Of a DNA stretch of 64,000 nt, positions 45,140 through 55,600 are shown one piece after another; position 1 is the first letter of the stretch; each line of letters opens with the position of its first letter. Both the position numbers and the translations under genes were made by a program. The DNA lies in IMG/VR virus record IMGVR_UViG_2811995368_000001, positions 1-64,000 of that record. The stretch is one strand, 5' to 3'. The notes under the pieces were generated by a model. The model saw nothing but the letters and a program-made list of their open reading frames with translations, ran no database searches and was not told where the DNA came from. Source of the stretch: a virus (Duplodnaviria > Caudoviricetes).

Positions 45140-46036
45140 GTGATTGTGACCTTCGCCGACGGTAAGCAGCTTCGCGGCGACCTCATCAAGTCCGCCACGC
45201 TACGCTCTGACCTATCCCCCATCCCTCTTACGCTGGAAGCCGAGATCCGGGCCGGCGACGACGGGCTGGACAAGCGCCTTGCCGAGGGCCAGGTGCTGAC
45301 CGTTGGCAGCGACGCGCTGCGCATCGTCAAGTCCAAGCGCATCGCCGGGCGCTCCGCCCAAGGGCAGCGTGACATGGAAGCCTACAGCGTGACCGCGCTG
45401 CTCGATGCGTGTCAGGGCGCCGCCTACGTGCGCAGCCGGGCCATCATCAAGGAGAACGCCTCGCTGGCCGCCATCTACCGGGCCGCCGGAGCGACCATCA
45501 GGGGCGTGGATGCCGACTTCCCGGTGCCGCGCTTCTGCTGCCCCGTGGGCGACACCCCGACCTTCCACATTGCCCGCCTGCTGCAAGAAGAGGGCGGCGC
45601 GGTGCGCTGGAAGGGCGGCAAGCTGCAATTCGTCCGTCTGGGCGACCTGTTCAAGCAGGCCACGGTGCTGACGCTGCCCGATAACACTTCCGAGGACGTG
45701 GAGAGCGGCTTTCTCGAACGGCATACCGTGCCGTGGTTCTTCTCGCTGGCCGCATCAGGCGAAGCGGTATTCGGCAACCGGGACAAGCCGCGCGCGGTGC
45801 GGTTTTCACCCTTCAAGGATGCCCAGCGCCTGCGCAACATGACGCGCTGCCTCGTGCATCGCAAGACCTCGCGCACGACCCTTCGCGGGAACGTCGTGGC
45901 TGGCGACCTGATCGCCTACGCCGGTGGCGCCAAGCTGGCGGTCATCACGGCAGCCCATGTCTTCGGCAGCGGCACGGACGACGGCGGTGCGCAGGAAGCC
46001 TACACCCGGCTCTGGGTAGGGAGCCTCGAAGAATGA
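45140..46036 (+). CDS. Putative baseplate hub protein
   Basis: Directly upstream of the spike gene; beta-rich. Confidence 0.55.
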   Translation: MIVTFADGKQLRGDLIKSATLRSDLSPIPLTLEAEIRAGDDGLDKRLAEGQVLTVGSDALRIVKSKRIAGRSAQGQRDMEAYSVTALLDACQGAAYVRSRAIIKENASLAAIYRAAGATIRGVDADFPVPRFCCPVGDTPTFHIARLLQEEGGAVRWKGGKLQFVRLGDLFKQATVLTLPDNTSEDVESGFLERHTVPWFFSLAASGEAVFGNRDKPRAVRFSPFKDAQRLRNMTRCLVHRKTSRTTLRGNVVAGDLIAYAGGAKLAVITAAHVFGSGTDDGGAQEAYTRLWVGSLEE

Positions 46037-46659
46037 AGGCCGGCGAATCCTACGGTTTCCTGCCTGGCCGCTATCCGGCCATCGTGCGCGGCTACGATGC
46101 CGACGCGCGCATGTGCCGAGTGGAGATTCCGGGCCTGACCGACGGCGGCGATGTGCTGCCGCTGGCTGAAATCGAGTATTCCCTGGGCGACAAGTCGCGC
46201 GCCGGCGCGAACACCACTGAAATCGAAATCACGGCGGGCGATCCCGTCTGGGTTGCCTTCATCGGCGGCGATGCTCGCTACCCCATCATCACCGGCTACC
46301 GTAACCCGCAGGCGGGAAATTCGACGGGCTGGCGGCGCTGGCACCATGCCAACATGGAATTGCTCGCCGATGCGCTGATGAACCTGATCGCCCAGGGCGA
46401 CGTGCTCATCAAGTCCGGCTCGCATGTCACGGTGCAGGCCCCGCAGGCAACGATTGATTCGCCAGAAACGACCTGTACCGGCAATCTGACTGTGGCCGGC
46501 GGCCTGACGGTGCAAGGCGCCGGCGGCAAGGCATCCACGGTGAATGGTGGCTTTGCCGTCGAGGGCGGTTCCCTGACGCACAACGGCAAGAACGTGGGTA
46601 GCGACCACAAGCACGGTGGCGTAGCGAAGGGCGGCTCCAACACCGACGACCCGATTTGA
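46033..46659 (+). CDS. Baseplate central spike (gpV/gp5-like)
   Basis: OB-fold GDPVWVAFIGGD.RYPII.G, beta-helix, apex HKHGG. Confidence 0.88.
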   Translation: MKAGESYGFLPGRYPAIVRGYDADARMCRVEIPGLTDGGDVLPLAEIEYSLGDKSRAGANTTEIEITAGDPVWVAFIGGDARYPIITGYRNPQAGNSTGWRRWHHANMELLADALMNLIAQGDVLIKSGSHVTVQAPQATIDSPETTCTGNLTVAGGLTVQGAGGKASTVNGGFAVEGGSLTHNGKNVGSDHKHGGVAKGGSNTDDPI

Positions 46660-46679
46660 AAGAGAAAGGAAACCAGACC

Positions 46680-47162
46680 ATGAAAAACCTGCTTTTCAGC
46701 TTTGAAGACCTGTCCGCCAAGGACAAGGCGGCCAAGCAGGCCGTCCGCTTCTTCTCGCGCGCCGGCGCGAATGTCGTGCAGCAGGACGTGCCTGCCACGG
46801 TGAAGCGTTCGTCCGGCATCACCTACCGGGAAATGACCCTGACCTTCGCCGATTCTCAGCAGGTGGTGCTGCGCATCAAGCAGTCGGGCGACATCTTCCA
46901 GGTGCTGGTGAATGGCAAGGCGCTTCCCATCAAGAACCAGGACGACCATGTGAAGGCCATCGCGGAAATCGTGCAGGCGCTGGACGCCGGGCGCGTCAAG
47001 TTCCAGAAGACGCTCGCCGCCGCGAAGGTGCGCCCGCCCGCCGGGATTCGCACCGCCGCGCCGAAGATGGAACAGGTACTGACCCAGAAGCGCGACGCCC
47101 TGAAGGAATCCATTGCGTCCGTGCGCGAGCAGATCGCCAGCCTGGCACCCGCCGCCGCCTGA
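46680..47162 (+). CDS. hdf: Hdf-like protein (DarA N-terminal-type domain)
   Basis: KRSSG...FADSQ...SGDIFQVLVNGK.LP plus coiled coil; upstream of darA. Confidence 0.65.
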   Translation: MKNLLFSFEDLSAKDKAAKQAVRFFSRAGANVVQQDVPATVKRSSGITYREMTLTFADSQQVVLRIKQSGDIFQVLVNGKALPIKNQDDHVKAIAEIVQALDAGRVKFQKTLAAAKVRPPAGIRTAAPKMEQVLTQKRDALKESIASVREQIASLAPAAA

Positions 47163-47166
47163 CACC

Positions 47167-47307
47167 ATGAGCAGCAGTACCGCGCCGCAGCCGCAGCCAG
47201 AATCACCGGCCAAGCGGCTGCGCGCGATGGCCGATGAAATGGCCGACATCTGCATCCTCATCCACCAGATTGCCGCCGACCTTCAGGCGGAAAACTCCCC
47301 GAATTGA
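47167..47307 (+). CDS. Small hypothetical peptide
   Basis: 46-aa ORF filling the hdf-darA gap. Confidence 0.35.
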   Translation: MSSSTAPQPQPESPAKRLRAMADEMADICILIHQIAADLQAENSPN

Positions 47308-47328
47308 CAGGCAAGCGGGCCATACCAT
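47289..47328 (+). promoter_or_regulatory. Putative late promoter 6 (leaderless darA)
   Basis: CGGAAAA-N28-TACCAT; ATG begins 7 nt after the -10 box, no RBS. Confidence 0.7.
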
Positions 47329-47334
47329 GCCTGC

Positions 47335-50300
47335 ATGACCAGTACGCCTCTGCACCTCATCGAGAGCGCGGCCCACGAGGGCGCTTTCGGCCAGAACCTG
47401 ACGCCCGAACCGTCGGCGGCCCAGTGCCGCGCTGGCAACTACAAGATGGGGCGGGTGGGCCTGCACGGGCTGAACCTTGTGATCGAGCAGCCGCGCGGGA
47501 GCACGCGCTCCGGCGTGGATGAAGCGACCGGCAAGGCATGGTCTAGCCGCATGGCGGCGCATTACGGGTACATCGGCGGCACGACCGGCGCGGACGGCGA
47601 TGGCGTGGATTGCTTCATCGGCCCCTACCCGGACGCCGAGCGGGCCTACGTCATCAACCAGAACGTCGGCGGGCAGTTCGACGAGCACAAGGTAATGCTC
47701 GCCTTCCCTGACCTGGCATCGGCGCGCAGCGCCTACTTGAACAGCTACGAACGCGGCTGGAACGGGCTGGAAAGCATCGTCCCGGCTTCTCTTTCTCAAC
47801 TCAAGTGGTGGCTGACACACGGCGACCTGAAGCGCCCGCTACGGGCCGACACCCTACCCAAGGAAGGACTTGAAACCATGAAGAAAACTCACTGGAACAC
47901 CGACGCGCAGCCCTACAACACCACTTTGGCCCAGGTGCTGTACGACATCCGGCGCTCCGACAGTGGCGAGGGCCTTCTTCTGGATGCCGTTACCGCCCAG
48001 GAAATCATCGACGACGCCGAGGGCGCGCTGGCCTTCGACGCGCTGGTGACGCCCTATGCCAAGCTGGAACGCCGGATGGAACTGCTGCGCGGCATCATGG
48101 AGCGCACCGGCGACAAGGTGAAGCCCGTCGCCCTGCAAATCACCGACCCGTTCAAGCAGCGCGGCGTCGCCAATGTGGCCGCCATCTTCGAGCTGTCCGA
48201 CGGCCAGACCGTGACCATTTTCTTCCACAACCCCGACGTGACGCCGAACAAGATGGCGCCGGCGGACGAGGTTATCTCGTGGAAGTGGTTGCTGAACAAG
48301 AAGGACATCACCATCGTCGTCGCGCCGGAGCGCGGCGCCGACCTGAACATCCGCGAGGTGGCGCGCCGCATCATGCGCCTGGCCGAGAAGAACAGCGAGG
48401 CGTTCCAGCGCGTGAATGCCACGCGCGCGACGCGGATGCAGAACATCCAGTCCCTGAAGGACGAGATCGCCGGACTGGAAAACGAGCTGGCGACCGCCCA
48501 GCATGAACTCGAAGTGGCGAAGGTGGCTGCCGAAGGCAAGCCGGAATTCGACCCGACCACGCCCGAAGGCTACGCCAAGGTGCGCGGCGACGAAGCCCTG
48601 CAACTCTACTGGCAAGACCGTCTCGACGCCTTCTTCCAGGGCCGCATTGTTGCCGTCCGCAACTCCCTGCGTGTTCTGGGCTGGGAAGGCCGCGAGCCGA
48701 ACGACACCCGCCTCTACAAGGAAGACGCCGAGGTGCAGCCGACCTTTACGCACGTCGGCGCAGGCCGCAACGTCGCCGGCTGGGCCATGAACGGCATCGA
48801 CGACGACCTGACCAAAACCCCGGAAGAGTACGCCGCCCAAGTGGATGCGGCGGCGATGGCCGAGGTTGCGCGCCGCGCGCAAGCCGCGAAGGGTGCGCAG
48901 CAGAAGACCGACATCACCTATCGCAACAGCGCCGACGGCCTCTTCACGTCGTTCTTCCCGAATACGCCGGAAGGCGAAAAGGCGTGGAACATCATCAATG
49001 CCACGCCGGGCGCCGAGGGCGGCAAGGTGCTGGCTGCCCATGCCGAGCCGACCATTGCGCAACTGCGCGAGGCCGGCTACACCGTGGCCGATGACACCAG
49101 CGCGCCGATGACGCCCGAAGAGGAAGCAGCCCTGCTGAAGGAGCTTGGCGGGGATGCGGCCGCCGCCCAGCCGAAGAAGTCGGCTCCGTGGTGGGAAGGT
49201 TCCGTGGGCGAGAAGTACGCTGCCGTGTATCTGCTGGGAAAATCTCGCGGCAACGACTATCTGACCATGACCGAACAGGGCGGGGCCTACTTGGCGCACG
49301 TCAAGGACGGCAATCTTGGCCGTGAGAAGGTGGGCACTCCCGCCGACATCGTGGAATGGTTGCGTGCCGATGTATTTGTCGGGATGGGCGACGCCTTCGC
49401 CGGAAAGTCGCTGACCGTGGATGATGTGCGCGCAAAACTCAAGCTGGTCAAGGGTGAAGACATCCTGTTCAGCAATGCCGCCAAGCAACCTGCCGAACAG
49501 GAGCTGATCGCCGCCTATTCCCGTTCCTTCAGCGAGGCTGCTGCCGTGCTCAATGCTGCCGTGGCGGCGGTGAACTGGGACGGCATCACCGATACCGCCA
49601 CCATGCGCGCGGAACTCGATAAGCTGAACGTCGCCTCGCGCACCGGCCAGCACGACATCATCGGCAAGGCTTCCAGTGCCCTCGAAGCCATCGGCATCAA
49701 GACGTGGGACGAGCGCCTTTCCAGCCTGCGCGGCGAGGCCGGATTCATCGCGTGGCGCGACGCGCTGGACGCCTCGCGCGCGGCCTTCGACAAGATTCAG
49801 GCCGTCGCCAAGGAACGCCTGATCGCCAAGGGCACGGCGGAAGTCGCTGCGCTGACCGCCGAAAGCCCGCTCGCCGACGTGGCCGCCGCTATCTTCCACA
49901 AGGCGGGCATCGACACCGGCACCCAGACCCCGCAAATCGTCGCCGCCATCGAGGCCAAGGACGCCGCGCTGGCGTGGAGCATCCTGCGCAACCTCGACAA
50001 CAAGGCCAGTGCGGAGATTTTCGAGCGCGCCACCGGCGTCAAGCTGGCGAAGACCCAGCGCGACCGCCGCCCGCAGATCGACGCCTGGGCCGGTATCACG
50101 CCGGAACAGCGCGCGGAACTCGAAGCGCAGCGCACCGAAGCGCAGGCCGCCAAGGAACGCGACGAAAACCTGAAGCGCGCCTGGAACGGGCTGACCTCCA
50201 TCAGCGTGCGCGCCAGCGACGGCAACGTGAGCAACGGCCAGGACTTCCTGAAGTCGCTCTTCGCCAAGGGATTCGACGAAGTGGTGGTGCGCAAGCGCGG

Positions 50301-52677
50301 TGCCGTGCCCACGTACTACATGCGCAACGCCGAAAGCCAAATCACCGGCGTCAAGAGCAAGAACTTTAACGGCTTCTTGAAGGCTGCTCTGACCCTTGGC
50401 GGCCTGCGCCAGGCACTGGAATCCCTGGGCGTGATCGAGGTGCAGGCCGAGAAGACTGACGCCGAGAAAATCGCCGCCGTCGATGACGCCTACCGCTTCA
50501 CCAGTGCCACCGACGAATTCAAGCTATGGCTGGCTGAATCCGTGCTCAAGGACGACTATTCGCCCTTCCTGACCGCGAAGGGCATGGACGAGGCCGCCAA
50601 GCGCCACGGCGCTGAAATCGAGTGGGGCGAGTTCGCCGGCGCCGCGATGGATTCTGTCCATACCATCGCCGGTGAGCAATTTGACGGCGGCGAGTTCGAC
50701 ACGCTGCGCGCCATGAAGGAGAACCCCAAGATCGAGGACGGCGACGTGCCGTCCAAGGCGTCCCGCGATTCGCTGGTGGAGCGCGGCTACGTCGAACGCC
50801 GTGACGGCTACAACTGGCTGACGAACAAGGGCCGGGATCTTGTCGCGGCTCTCGACGACGTGGGCCATGCCGTCGCTACCCTGCAACAGGCGCTGGACGT
50901 GGCCCAGACCAATGAACCCATCAACCGTGCCGAGGGCAACACCGAGCAAGCCGACCTCGAAGCCGAGGTGGCGGCCAGTATCAAGGAAGCCATCGCCATC
51001 CTGACCGAGGGCGACTACGAGCCGGACGAAGCCGAAACCGGCATCACGTTCGACGTGGAAACGGCCCTGGACAGTGCCGCCGCTTTCGAGGCCGAAACCG
51101 AGGCGCGCGGCGTGGCTGCCACCAAGGCCCTGCTCAACGGCTTCAGCGCCTTCTTGGCATCGGATGCGAAGTTCTCCCCGCTGCTGGACAGCGTGCGCGA
51201 GATTGCCACCTTCGACAGCGCGCTCACGCCGCTGCGCTCCATGATGTCCTGCCGCGCCTCGCTTTCCGGCGTGGAAATGACGCAGGATGAAGCGGAGCGC
51301 ATGGATGCCTTCGCCAACGATGCTCGCGCCATCAGCGACCGCCTGACCGGGCGCGCCGGCGCGAACCCCGAGAAAAATCCTGCGCTGGATGGTGTGGATG
51401 ACGACGGCTACGTGGGCAAGGTCAAGAAGGGCGACCAGGTGCTGGGCCGCATCGACATCGGCGACGACGGCAAGGCGATGGTGTATGTCGGCGAAGCCGG
51501 CGACGAGCGCGTGAAGGGTAGCGAAGGCCGCCCGTTCATGTATTCCGAGGATGACGCCCCGGAAATGGTGGAAGCCCTGTTCGCCGCCGAGGAATCGCCC
51601 GCTGCGCAATCTGCCGCCTTCGTCGGCCCGGCGAAAGACCGCATGGCCGCGCTCAAGGTGCTGACCGATACCGGCATGAACCGCTGGATGTCGGAGTCCC
51701 AAAACAAGGCCGTCATCGCCGGATTGATGGGCGAGGAATGGCAGTTCTTCGCGGACAAGATGAAGGAGTTGGCCGGCGTCATCGCCACCATGCCGAAGAC
51801 CTACGACCAGGACGGCAAGGGGGATGAGGCCGTAGCGCACCTGCACTACTTCCGTGGCGCTGGCGACTGGTACATCACCGAGAAGGACATGGAAGGTCAC
51901 GGCACCGAGCAAGCCTTCGGCCTGGCCGACCTGTACGGCGACGGCGGCGAGCTGGGCTACATCAGCATCATCGAACTTGCGGAGGCCGGCGTGGAACTGG
52001 ACTTTCACTTCAAGCCCAAGACCATCGGGCAAATCCGTGGCGGCGCGTCCGGCGCCAGCGAAGAGCAACAGCAGGAACCCGGCGGCGGCAACCCGGATGC
52101 GACGCCTGCTGCTGCCGCGCCGGCCAGCGAGGCCGACCAATCCCTGCGCGCCTTCGCTGCCGCCACCAACAGCGAACTCTACGACCCGGACTACAGCGGC
52201 GGCCAGTGGATGATCGAAGCGGTGGAGACGCAGGAAACCATCGCCGACTTCGTGGCCGCATCCGCCAGCTACCAGGAAGCGACCGCGCCCAAGTTCGGCC
52301 AGATCGCCGGTTTCAAGTTCGTTGCCTTCTCGAAGGTGCAGGCGCGCAAGGGCGACCAGCGCCGCGAGCTGTCCGTTATCGACTTCGGCTTCGCGCGCTT
52401 TGCCCTCAATGCCGACCTGACCAACTTCGACTACCAGGCGTGGGACGGCACCTATCCCGACCAGACGGCAGCGGCAGACCAGAAGACGGTTGATCGCGCC
52501 CTGTTCCAGTCCGTCATCGACGGCACCGCTCCCGACATCCTCGCGCCCGACCTGGCTGATTCCCTGGAAGCCGCTTTCAATCGCAACCAGGGCGACCCGG
52601 ACATGGTGAATCTGTTTGAACTGGCCGTCGGCGCTTACCAGAACGCCATGCTGGCCGCCACCGCGAACCTCTCCTGA
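47335..52677 (+). CDS. darA: DarA-like polyvalent antirestriction protein (InPase domain + DarA-N + several modules + DUF2958/DarA-C-like domain)
   Basis: AGNYKMG...IEQPRGSTRSG...HYGYIGGTTGADGDGVDCF (InPase); LSDGQTVTIFFH...LLNKKDIT..VAP...LAEKNS.AFQR (DarA); LHYF...DWYITEKD...ELGYIS. Confidence 0.85.
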   Translation: MTSTPLHLIESAAHEGAFGQNLTPEPSAAQCRAGNYKMGRVGLHGLNLVIEQPRGSTRSGVDEATGKAWSSRMAAHYGYIGGTTGADGDGVDCFIGPYPDAERAYVINQNVGGQFDEHKVMLAFPDLASARSAYLNSYERGWNGLESIVPASLSQLKWWLTHGDLKRPLRADTLPKEGLETMKKTHWNTDAQPYNTTLAQVLYDIRRSDSGEGLLLDAVTAQEIIDDAEGALAFDALVTPYAKLERRMELLRGIMERTGDKVKPVALQITDPFKQRGVANVAAIFELSDGQTVTIFFHNPDVTPNKMAPADEVISWKWLLNKKDITIVVAPERGADLNIREVARRIMRLAEKNSEAFQRVNATRATRMQNIQSLKDEIAGLENELATAQHELEVAKVAAEGKPEFDPTTPEGYAKVRGDEALQLYWQDRLDAFFQGRIVAVRNSLRVLGWEGREPNDTRLYKEDAEVQPTFTHVGAGRNVAGWAMNGIDDDLTKTPEEYAAQVDAAAMAEVARRAQAAKGAQQKTDITYRNSADGLFTSFFPNTPEGEKAWNIINATPGAEGGKVLAAHAEPTIAQLREAGYTVADDTSAPMTPEEEAALLKELGGDAAAAQPKKSAPWWEGSVGEKYAAVYLLGKSRGNDYLTMTEQGGAYLAHVKDGNLGREKVGTPADIVEWLRADVFVGMGDAFAGKSLTVDDVRAKLKLVKGEDILFSNAAKQPAEQELIAAYSRSFSEAAAVLNAAVAAVNWDGITDTATMRAELDKLNVASRTGQHDIIGKASSALEAIGIKTWDERLSSLRGEAGFIAWRDALDASRAAFDKIQAVAKERLIAKGTAEVAALTAESPLADVAAAIFHKAGIDTGTQTPQIVAAIEAKDAALAWSILRNLDNKASAEIFERATGVKLAKTQRDRRPQIDAWAGITPEQRAELEAQRTEAQAAKERDENLKRAWNGLTSISVRASDGNVSNGQDFLKSLFAKGFDEVVVRKRGAVPTYYMRNAESQITGVKSKNFNGFLKAALTLGGLRQALESLGVIEVQAEKTDAEKIAAVDDAYRFTSATDEFKLWLAESVLKDDYSPFLTAKGMDEAAKRHGAEIEWGEFAGAAMDSVHTIAGEQFDGGEFDTLRAMKENPKIEDGDVPSKASRDSLVERGYVERRDGYNWLTNKGRDLVAALDDVGHAVATLQQALDVAQTNEPINRAEGNTEQADLEAEVAASIKEAIAILTEGDYEPDEAETGITFDVETALDSAAAFEAETEARGVAATKALLNGFSAFLASDAKFSPLLDSVREIATFDSALTPLRSMMSCRASLSGVEMTQDEAERMDAFANDARAISDRLTGRAGANPEKNPALDGVDDDGYVGKVKKGDQVLGRIDIGDDGKAMVYVGEAGDERVKGSEGRPFMYSEDDAPEMVEALFAAEESPAAQSAAFVGPAKDRMAALKVLTDTGMNRWMSESQNKAVIAGLMGEEWQFFADKMKELAGVIATMPKTYDQDGKGDEAVAHLHYFRGAGDWYITEKDMEGHGTEQAFGLADLYGDGGELGYISIIELAEAGVELDFHFKPKTIGQIRGGASGASEEQQQEPGGGNPDATPAAAAPASEADQSLRAFAAATNSELYDPDYSGGQWMIEAVETQETIADFVAASASYQEATAPKFGQIAGFKFVAFSKVQARKGDQRRELSVIDFGFARFALNADLTNFDYQAWDGTYPDQTAAADQKTVDRALFQSVIDGTAPDILAPDLADSLEAAFNRNQGDPDMVNLFELAVGAYQNAMLAATANLS

Positions 52678-52690
52678 AGGGAAGAAAGAC

Positions 52691-55600
52691 ATGCTGAACC
52701 GTATCGCCTTCGATAGCGCCGTGGGAAGCGGCGGCGTGCTGGCACGGCTGAAACTGGTGGGCGAACTGGCCCGCGTCAAGGCGGAACTGAAGGGGGCAAA
52801 CGGTGCGCTCGCGCGCCTGAAGCTGTCCGCGCGCGCGAACCAGATCCGCGCCGAGCTGGGGGCAATGCAAACGGCCACGGGGGGCGCCGCCGAAGGTGAG
52901 CAGCCCGCCGCGCCGGATGCCACCGCTGGCGATGATGCTCCGTCCGCACCGCGCAACCAGACGGCCCAGTATTACGAGTTCGACCCGAACCGCAAGCCCG
53001 CCCAGCGCAAGAAGGACAACACCGAGGCGATGGCTCTGCTTCGTCGCATCGACGCTGGCGAGGTGGATTCGGCGCGCCTGACGCCGGAAGAAAAGCTGGC
53101 GCTGGCGAAGTATTCCGGCACGGGCGGCGCGCTCATCGGCGCCGACGGCAAGAAGGGCAGCGCCTACGAGTATTACACCCCCAAGCCCATCGCCGAGGGC
53201 GTCTGGGAGTTGATGGGCGAGCTGGGCTTCTCCGGCGGCAAGGTGCTCGACCCGTGCGCCGGTGTTGGCGTCTTCGGTGCGACCGCACCCCTGTCCGCCG
53301 CCATCGACGCGGTGGAGCTGAACGAAACGTCGGGCCGCATCAACGGCCTGGTCAATGCCGGCCCTGGCTACACCGCAACGGTTTCCCCGTTCGAGAAGGT
53401 GGCCGCCGCAACCCCGGACGAGCAATACGACGCTGTGGTGACGAACGTCCCGTTCGGCGGCGTAGCCGACCGTGGCGGGAATCAACTGCTGGACAGCCGC
53501 TACCAGAAGGAACCGCTGCAAAATTACTTCATCCTGCGCTCGCTCGAAAAGCTGAAGCCGGGCGGCCTGGCCGTGTTCATCACGCCGCCGCGCTGCGTCT
53601 CCGGCAAGGGCGGAAAGGAAGAAGAGCTGCGCGTGAAGGCCAGCTACGTCGCCGAATTCCTGGGCGCCTACCGGCTCCCCAATTCCGTGTTTGGAACGGC
53701 CAGCGCGGACACCATGACGGACGTGATCGCGTTCCGCAAATACAGCCGCGACACCCTGGACAAAATCGCCGAACTGCGCGAGCAGTCGCCCAAGGTGCTG
53801 ATCGAGGCGAACGTGCAATGGCAGCCCTTCATCGACGGGCGCTACTTCGACGGCGAGGGCAAGCGGTTCGTGCTGGGCGAGTTCGTGCCCAAAGACCCGA
53901 CCAAGTTCCGCGACGTAGATCGCGTCATCACCAAGGCCCCCATCGGTGAAATCGGGCGGATGCTCAAACGCTTCCCTGATTCCCGTGTGAATTGGGACAT
54001 GCTGGGCGCGTCCGAAACCACGCCCATCATCTACCGCGACGGCGACACCATCACCCAGGCCGGGCAGACCCTGCAAATGCAGGATGGCCGCTGGGTGCCG
54101 CTGGCGCGTGGTGAGGACAGCGCAAGCATGGCCGACCTCGTGGGCAAGATGAAAGACCCCTACGCCGCCTTCGAGGCCGGCGCCACCTGGCCGGATGCTG
54201 AAAAGTGCGTCGATTACATGGTGGAAACCTCGCAGTCGCTGGACATTCCGGACTGGCTGCGCGGAGCGATGGCCGAAATTCGCCGCCTGAAGGCCGCCGA
54301 CCAGCGCGCCCAGTTCTGGAACGCTGGCATCGTCGGCATGGCCGCCGCGCAGGTGCTGCAAGAGCGCCTTGGCGAGGAAACCGGCGTCAATTTCCTGGCC
54401 GAATATCCTGCCCTGTCCGACGCCATGCAGCGCGTCGCCGGCGTCGCCAAGAAGCGCCCGTCGGCGCTGGGCGGCAAGCTGCGCGACGGCTTGCTGACCA
54501 TCGGCAACCACTACCAGAAGAAGACCGGATTTTCGGCGGTCTGGCGCGGCGACGTGCAGCAGCAGGCCCCGAGCGTCGAATCCACGGCGGATTCCACCTT
54601 CGAGGGCTTGCGCTACAAGACGAAATCCATCTGGGCGAGCCTGGAAGACACCAGGGCCATCTACGGCGAAGGATTCGACCCGCACGCGGATCCCGCGTGG
54701 TGCCTGTCGCCCGACGGAAAGAGCGTCACGCGCGCGGACGACTACTACGTGGGCAACTACGCCGAGTTCTTGGCGCGCGTGGATGCCGACATCGCCGGCG
54801 CGGCCAGCGACGACATCCGAGCCAAGCTGCTGCGCCAGAAGATGGACGCCGCCGCCCGCATCGACAAGGTGGATGTGTCGAAGCTGACCTTCAACCTGTT
54901 CAGCCCGCACGTCTCCCTGGAAGAGAAGGCCGACTTCCTGCGCCGTTTCGTCCATCCGTCTGCCGCTGTCATCTACGACGAGCGCACGGGCGAGAAGCGC
55001 GTGGACATCGACGTGCCCGGAAGCAACCTGACCGACCGCGAAAAGCTGCTGAACCGCATCGGCGACTACCTGAAGAACGGCACGATCACCCTGGGCGGCG
55101 TCAAGCTGGGGATGGACGATGCCAAGGCCCTGCATGAGCTGCGCCGGATGGTGAATACTGCCAACGAGCAGTTCAACGGCTGGGTGCGCGGCAACCGCGC
55201 CATCGTGGCGCGTCTGGAAGCCATCGCATCCGACCCGGCGAAGCTGCGTTTCCGCCAGGTGGAGGACGAGGCGCCGATGCCGATTCCCGGCATGAACCCC
55301 GACCTCACCCTGCACGGCTACCAGAACGCCTACGTGCGCAAGACCAGCCGCGAGTTCGGCGGCATCAACGGCTTCGGCGTGGGTCTGGGCAAGACCTTCA
55401 CGGCGCTGGCGGCCACCCAGTACGCCCAGAGCATCGGCGTCAAGTCGAAAACCGCCTTCGTGGTGCCCAACTCCGTGCTGTCCAACTGGCGCAAGGAGGC
55501 CGCGCGCGCCTACGCCAACACCGACGACTGCCTGTTCATCGGCCTGCGCGTCGGAAAGGACGGCAAGGCAACCGTGAGTTCGTCGAATTTCGACACCGAC

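Noticed and set aside
47304-47328. TTGACA...TACCAT as a sigma70 promoter
   Set aside because: Spacer is only 13 nt; the site fits the GGAAAA-type motif instead
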